NCBI GenBank assembly: GCA_012295275.1
Contig: CM022674.1
Coordinates: 13,020,001-13,084,000 of the forward strand
Length of the DNA stretch: 64,000 bases
Direction: 5' to 3'
Origin: Chrysomallon squamiferum
Taxonomy: Eukaryota > Animalia > Mollusca
A program made the translations under genes and the position numbers. The notes beneath the pieces were generated by a model. It ran no database searches. It was not told where the DNA came from and saw only the letters and a list, made by a program, of their open reading frames with translations. Shown one piece after another: positions 56,718 to 64,000 of this stretch; position 1 is the stretch's first letter, and every line of letters begins with the position of its first letter.

Positions 56718-59413
56718 TATATAAAGTGACACACACATAAACAACACCAGTAGTTTTATAGCATAAATAAATATACAAGTAAGTAAAAAAATAAACAATT
56801 TCATAACATAAATAATTATATAAATATATATCTAAGCAAGCAGTTAAATAAATATATAAATAAATATCTAAGCAAGCAGTTAAATAAATAAATAAATAAA
56901 TAAATAATATTTAGATCAACTCTAATTTTGTTCGTACAAACCGGTGTACAATTTATTAAGAACGTATTAAATTTCATGTTTCTACATTTGTTAGTTTGTT
57001 TTAATAAATATTATCAACTGTTCTATTTATTTAATTTTTTAATTTTTAATTTTTAATTTAATTTTCTGTTTTATATCGTCAGCTATCTTTAATTTTCATG
57101 ATTTACGAGGTCAAAAAAAAAAAAAAAAGAAAAAAAAAAAAGTGATATAAAATTTTAAAAATCTATTAATTTTAAACACAGACAAATCCAGAAAAATCTT
57201 GTTAATTAAAAAATGTCTTTGTTGGGTTTGCAAATCACAGTGTAACAAGAGCGATAAAGCACATAAATTGTGTACAACTGTGTACAGTTTAAACAGCTCA
57301 AAACAAATCTCTTTTTAATGAATTGATAAAAAAAACACATCTTGAATAAAGAGTGCTTTGTTTGACAGAAATACAGCGATTAATTTCCAGTCGTTGGATG
57401 TTCCACACATTTTGTCATTCTGATGTAATAATATACAGTGGTGTTCACAAGAAATAAGCTATTCTTCCGTTTTAGAAGAAAACATTAACTTAGTTATTTC
57501 CCGTTCCAACGCATTATCATAAAATGGTTGGATACTAAGTGTTGATGACTTTGAATACTTGGGAAGGTGCATATTAAAGATTGTTGAAGCTAATCAGTAG
57601 GCATAACACACACACCCCAAAGTAAGTGGCGCATTATTATTATGATAATGATTTAACAACAGTAGTAGTAGTAGTAGTAATAATAATAATAATAATAATA
57701 ATAATAGTAATAATAATTATTTTTATTATTATAACAGTAATAATAATAATAATGATAATAAGTAAATAATATTAATAATAATAATTAATAAATAAATAAT
57801 AATGCTGATGATAATGATTACGATGATAATAAATAAACAAACAAACACAAAGTAAATTTTAATATGTACCATTATTAACCGTCAATTAAAAAAAAAAAAA
57901 GTGCAGATTTTGTTAAATATTCATTCATTCATTCATTCATCTAATCATTCTGATAAAACACACTACACGTTATCTACTAGAAGCCAGGAATCTTGTACAT
58001 GCATCATCATCCACAGATAAACAAAACACACACACCACAGTCTTCTGTAATCTAACAGAAGTGAACTGGCGACCCAGCAGACAGCCAAATTAAACTTGTA
58101 TCTCTGAGGAGAACTGCTTCTGTTAATGACGACAGGGGAGAAGAGAACTCTAACCACTGAGCCTCACTCACCAGCCAGTCGAGATCAGTCACGTGACTGA
58201 TATCATTATCACAGGCTCTGACAATCAGCTCGACTGGAGACAAATCTGCAATTAATGGATGAGAAAAATCTCCGTCGAAATCTCGCGTGATCTTAGATAT
58301 GTTTTAATTACGTTTCGCTGATAACGCGTTATCTTGATAAAACACGTTAAACAGTTGATTCTCTCGTTAGACACTTCATCTGAGTCATGATGGGTTGCAA
58401 GATCAATCCCCCCCCGCGCACGTCGCCCATTTACGTTAAATTCCATTCCAACCATAGCAAACTGATTGGATATCAGAGGCAATTTTATATATCATCCTGT
58501 TTATGGGAAGGTTCGTAAAAAACAATCTTTTACCGCTAAATGAAATGTTGTAACAGTTTTCTTGTTAAGAATGAACACCAGAAATAACTTTTTCAGATGA
58601 AAACAATAACTATTTTGTTGTAGATATTTTGTTAAATTCTTTTACACAGAGTTTTCGACATTTGGGTAGGGGAGTTACAAGAGTGATATATATATAACAA
58701 AAATTAAAATTAGGTGTAGGTGAAGCATAATAAGTGAACCCTTAGGGCCAACTGATTTGAATTTGTGCTCGCGGAGTTAAAGGGATGGTGTAAAACAGAC
58801 AGGTCTGGCAGTTGAGTAAAACAATCTTGGAGTTTTCGGTGGGGATTTAGAGGGGGCGGGAATAACAAAAGACATTTCTATATCATAAACCACGCATTTT
58901 CATCACATTTAAATAATATTTAAATCAACGATAATGTATAGGAATTTCCACGCTAAATCCACGTTTTATGATCCTAACACATACAACAGCATTCCACTGC
59001 AGCGTATCATTGTTATGGAATCATATACATATAACCACTGTATACCAGTCTCGTAATGTCTCTGATAATTTATCAGTCGGAGGAGTCCGGTGATTTCAGA
59101 TATACTCCGCGACGAACAACAATTTCTCCGACTCAAGTACCAGGCTTTAGGTTTCAAGGAGATTAAAGCCACGCGTTCGAATCTTGACAGCGATCCTTTG
59201 TCCAGTGTTTGCAGAGTGTCGTGTTTGGTTACAAACATGACTTTCCAATCAGCGATCAAACACAGACAGTAACGTTATACTGCAGACGGATTAACACGAG
59301 TGTTTAAGTACTTACAGCGGGCGCAGGTCTAGAGGGTGGGGGTGTATGTGTTGAAAAGGTCTTGATCTTGACTTCTTGTTGTTTTCAGTCCGTTTGCAAA
59401 AATACACACACGC

Positions 59414-59500
59414 GAGAGAGAGAGACAGAGACAGAAAGACAGAGAGAGCGACAAAAAGAGAGAGACAGAGAGATAAAGAGAGAGACAGACAGAGAGATAA

Positions 59501-59531
<31 letters not shown>

Positions 59532-59749
59532 GAGAGGGAGAGGAGAGAGAGAAAGACAGACAGCAGAGAGAGAGTGAGAGAGAGAGGGATGAAGGGAGGG
59601 AGAGAGTCAGACAGAGAAAAACAGAAAGAGAGAGAGACAGACAGTCAGAGAGAGAGGGGGGATGAAGGGAGGGAGAGAGACAGACAGAGAGAGACAGAAA
59701 GAGACAGACAGACAGACACAGAGGGATGAAGGGAGGGAGAGAGACAGAC

Positions 59750-59798
<49 letters not shown>

Positions 59799-59818
59799 CA
59801 GACAGACAGAGAGAGAGA
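59414..59818. repeat. Complex (AG)/(ACAG) tract with GATGAAGGGAGGGAGAGA repeated three times
   Basis: Sub-repeat at about 59588, 59661 and 59725. Confidence 0.85.
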
Positions 59819-61277
59819 TAACACCTACTTCACATCACTATATTTGTGATTACCTTATAACAACCACTCGAAAGTCTGGAACCGCCGCTTGCGAGCTGAG
59901 AATATTCAGAACCGTTCTCTAGGGGGAGGGGGGGGGCTGTGTGACTGCGATTGGTAAAATGCTGCAGTGTCTGTAAAACTGACTACATGGGTGTGTGAAT
60001 ATATTACATATATATAGTTCCATGACAAAATGATGAGTCTGGTTCTAAATATATTAATATTTACCGACATGCATAGCCTTTCACCATCATCATTATGTTG
60101 ATGTTGTTGTTGGTGGTGGTGTTTTTATTGCATCAAATATCATCAACGTCATCATCATCATCATCATCACCATTATTGTTATTGCTGTTGTTATTATTAT
60201 TATTATTATTATTAAAAAGTTTTATTAAAATTTATAAAAAGTTGTTGTCATCGTTGATGCTATCATCATTGTTACTATTAACAGTTTTAGTTTGTTTGTT
60301 GTTGTTTTCGTTAACGTTACTGCTGACGTCGCCATTGTTACTATTTATTATTATCATCACCACATCATCATCATCATCATTGTCATCATGATCGACGTAG
60401 TTGTCACTATCATGACTGTCGTTATCATTATCATCATCACCATTAACCACAGCGGTATGGGGAAAAAAAAACAAGAAAAAAAACACACACACCTTTCAAT
60501 GACATTAACATAAATTTTAACACGCATACTTTCATTATCACCTGTAATAAACGACGACGTACCTGGCACTCAGCGTCTGCTGAATATTCATGTCGTAAAA
60601 AAACAAAACGAAAAAGAGAGAGAGACAGTTATTTTATATGACAAACATTGATAAACGAACGCGACACAGTTTGCATCAAACTACCCCGAGGCGACTGCTG
60701 TGTTTCATTCCATCCCTTTTTTCTGACACTTGACATCTGGTCGAACTTACAAAACACAAAACAACAGTTAACGTTTTGTCGTCTTTGTTGTTGTTTAATT
60801 GAAAAAAAAAAAAAAAAAAAAAGAAGAAGAAAAAAAAAAATGAAATGTATTCTTCTTTATTCACAGCTCGTTCGGCCATTTTTAAATCTCCATTGTTTGT
60901 TCTCTGTCACATTTACTGCTGACCACACCAACTTGTCGTCTGCTCCGCACGCAGCAGACGATAAAAATAAATATCCCGCCTCATTAACTTCGTGACAGGT
61001 CACGTGATTTATATTATAAATCAGTTGTCTGTTTTAAACATGGGCGATAAAAAAGAAAGAAAAAAAAAAACTGCCCATGTTGACTGTCTGTCGTTCTGTT
61101 TTTATTTACAAAGAAAAAGAAAACAAAAGAAGAAATTTATTCTTAGCGAATTATTTCATGACTAAGAATCATGATAATTGAATGAATATTTACTTAATGA
61201 TGTCATGAAGGATTTTGAATGTTAATAGGTAAACAAAAAACCTAGATGGCATCTCACAAATCTTCAGTAATAATTGG

Positions 61278-61626
<349 letters not shown>

Positions 61627-62073
61627 CAAATACTGATATCTACTGATACTGACAAACAGATACTTGTAAACACGTATAGCTACTAATACAAAGTTACTCA
61701 TACATAGGCACACCCACATACCTACATATTCGTGTACCTTGCTACCATTCTACTTGTTATCAGACACGTAAAACCGCTGTCAAATGCTATTAAGAAACTA
61801 TAACGAATTAAACAGGGCTAAAAAAGAACATAACAATAAAAATAAAAATAATAAATGAAATCACTGTCTTTATCAGTTATCATATTTTCTATTTAGACCA
61901 CCCAACCTGGTTAATTAATACAAGAAAATATTCTTGAAAACAGAGATAAACATCACAACTGAATAACTGTTCTGGAATACGTTGAATTCTAGCACATCTT
62001 GGCATTTAGATATCACTGGTGTGAGAAAGATTGAGAGAGAGAGCTACAGAAAATAAAGAGAGAATGAGAACGT

Positions 62074-62180
<107 letters not shown>

Positions 62181-63473
62181 TTTTTTCTTTCTCGGATATG
62201 ATTTATCACACCAAATGATAACAACTTTTTTTAAATCGAATTAAACTTCTCTTTTATAAAGTTCTGAACGCTCTTATTATCAAAGACATTTAAAAGATTA
62301 ATCGTTTATATAAGTGAAAAATGAAACTGTTCAATGAATCAGTGCCCATACATAAATCAAGACTTTTTCTGTCGTAATCAAACATTTATTACAAGACAAG
62401 ATACCCTGTAATTTACTTCAAACCTGAGACAAAAATATTTTCCTTTTTTAACGCAAAAATCTGGGTCACTGGTTTATACTCAGCAATTTATAAACCTTTA
62501 CTGTTCCATCTGGTCATTTTTGATTTAAGCACAGTAAGAATGGACATAACTTTTGCAAGTTAATATTTATATAAACCTGAAACAATCGTCTTGTGAACAG
62601 GAAACAGAACGGGAAATGTACTTCGTTTAATGTTCAGTGAAGCGTATAATTTCGCCTCAAGATATATTATACTACCGCAGCAGGGTTTTTTTGAAGTTAT
62701 TTTTTTTTATTATTATTTTTATTATTATTCCATTTGATATCATAGCCAAGCTTTTTCATAACTTGTCTTTCGTGTTAGTTTTTTTGCAGTTTTATTTTGT
62801 TTATGTTTTATGTGTAGTGTTCAGAGTTTAGAGGGACCGCCCATGGTTTCTTAATCATGTGATTTTTGTCACGGGATAAAAAAAGAAAAAACCAGCTGGC
62901 GTAACTTTACAGAGTAAACTTTAATAAAAAAAAAATATATAATAATAAAAACAACATTACCAGATCCTTAGAGGAAATGGAGAGAAAAATAACAACAAAA
63001 TCTACCTGATATTACTTTTCTTTTTATTATTACATAGAATGCGTAATAGGTATGTCAACACCCTCCGTAGCCGGGTATTGTTTATAAAGAAGAGTTTAAT
63101 TAAAGTGAATGCTATATAAAAAAAAAAAAATCAGTCACCTTGAACACGCTGTTGTACAGTTTAAGACTGGAAATAAGTAAAAATTCAAAGTACACTGCAG
63201 ATATTAAAACAATGGATCCCTTCCGAAAAACCTATTTTACTGATCTGACCCTTAAAATTATATACCTGTGACAATTATACTGAAAAGAGTGTGGTTTGTA
63301 AGCAATATGCTCATGGTAATAAAGAAATCTTAAATCCAATTTCAAACGCTAGTGATGTGATAGAAATTTGAACGTTATTGTTTATCTGTGTTTATTTAGT
63401 ATGAACAAAAAAATGCTTTTTTTTTTTTGTTTTTTATCTTCGTCTTAATCATGACATATTATGAAATATAATG

Positions 63474-63515
<42 letters not shown>

Positions 63516-63528
63516 AATAATTAATTAG

Positions 63529-63566
<38 letters not shown>

Positions 63567-64000
63567 ATAAATATAAATATATATATAGAAGAAAAAAACA
63601 GTCATCATGACGGAAAATAGGTCACTCATTTATCTTCGCATTTTAAACGTCTTATATAAAACGAACGCGACACTGATTAATCGAAGCAGGTAACATCACC
63701 TGTACAGGTATGCGACGCTGAAAAAAAAAAAAAAAAAAAAAAAAGAGCACAGCGTAGAAATTTCACCTTGAGGCGAAAACGATATTTCTCAAAGTCGACG
63801 GAGCGGAACGTCTGCCTGTGGATTGGAACAAAAGATAAAATTTCACTATCATTCCCGCCTTTGTGAGCCGTGGCCTGGAGAGAGGGTGTTATCCAGTTAA
63901 TAATGTCGTCTGCTCGGCCGATAATAGAACGTGACACGCTTTGCCGCTCTTCGCGGGCTTTATAAGGTCTCACCTAACAGTTTTAATTCTTGTGTTTTAC

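Noticed and set aside
58966-59272. Protein-like short ORFs (DILRDEQQFLRLKY...)
   Set aside because: Unrecognised peptide with weak splice context; insufficient support.

Overview
This is AT-rich, microsatellite-dense eukaryotic DNA, probably from an invertebrate animal; the species cannot be determined. I recognise no protein-coding gene. Almost all long ORFs in the track are translations of simple repeats or run through tRNA genes. The solid content is a cluster of nine full-length, 89-nt, intron-containing tRNA-Tyr(GTA) genes spread over 1-31 kb, plus one 3' fragment: four in a tandem (2x2) block, one convergent neighbour and four dispersed copies. One copy has a B-box mutation, two share an acceptor-stem mismatch and one shows a compensatory stem change. 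The most interesting signal lies outside the tRNA bodies. The dispersed copies share an overlapping bZIP (C/EBP-ATF or CRE) plus E-box element at about -99 to -85, and an unidentified 12-mer (TTTCCCRTTCYA) recurs around the genes. There is also an orphan 5' flank with no tRNA behind it. The rest alternates simple repeats with short CpG-rich, motif-dense unique blocks that include CTCF-like sites, resembling a large intergenic or intronic regulatory region. All alignments and counts were made by eye, and the regulatory interpretations are hypotheses.
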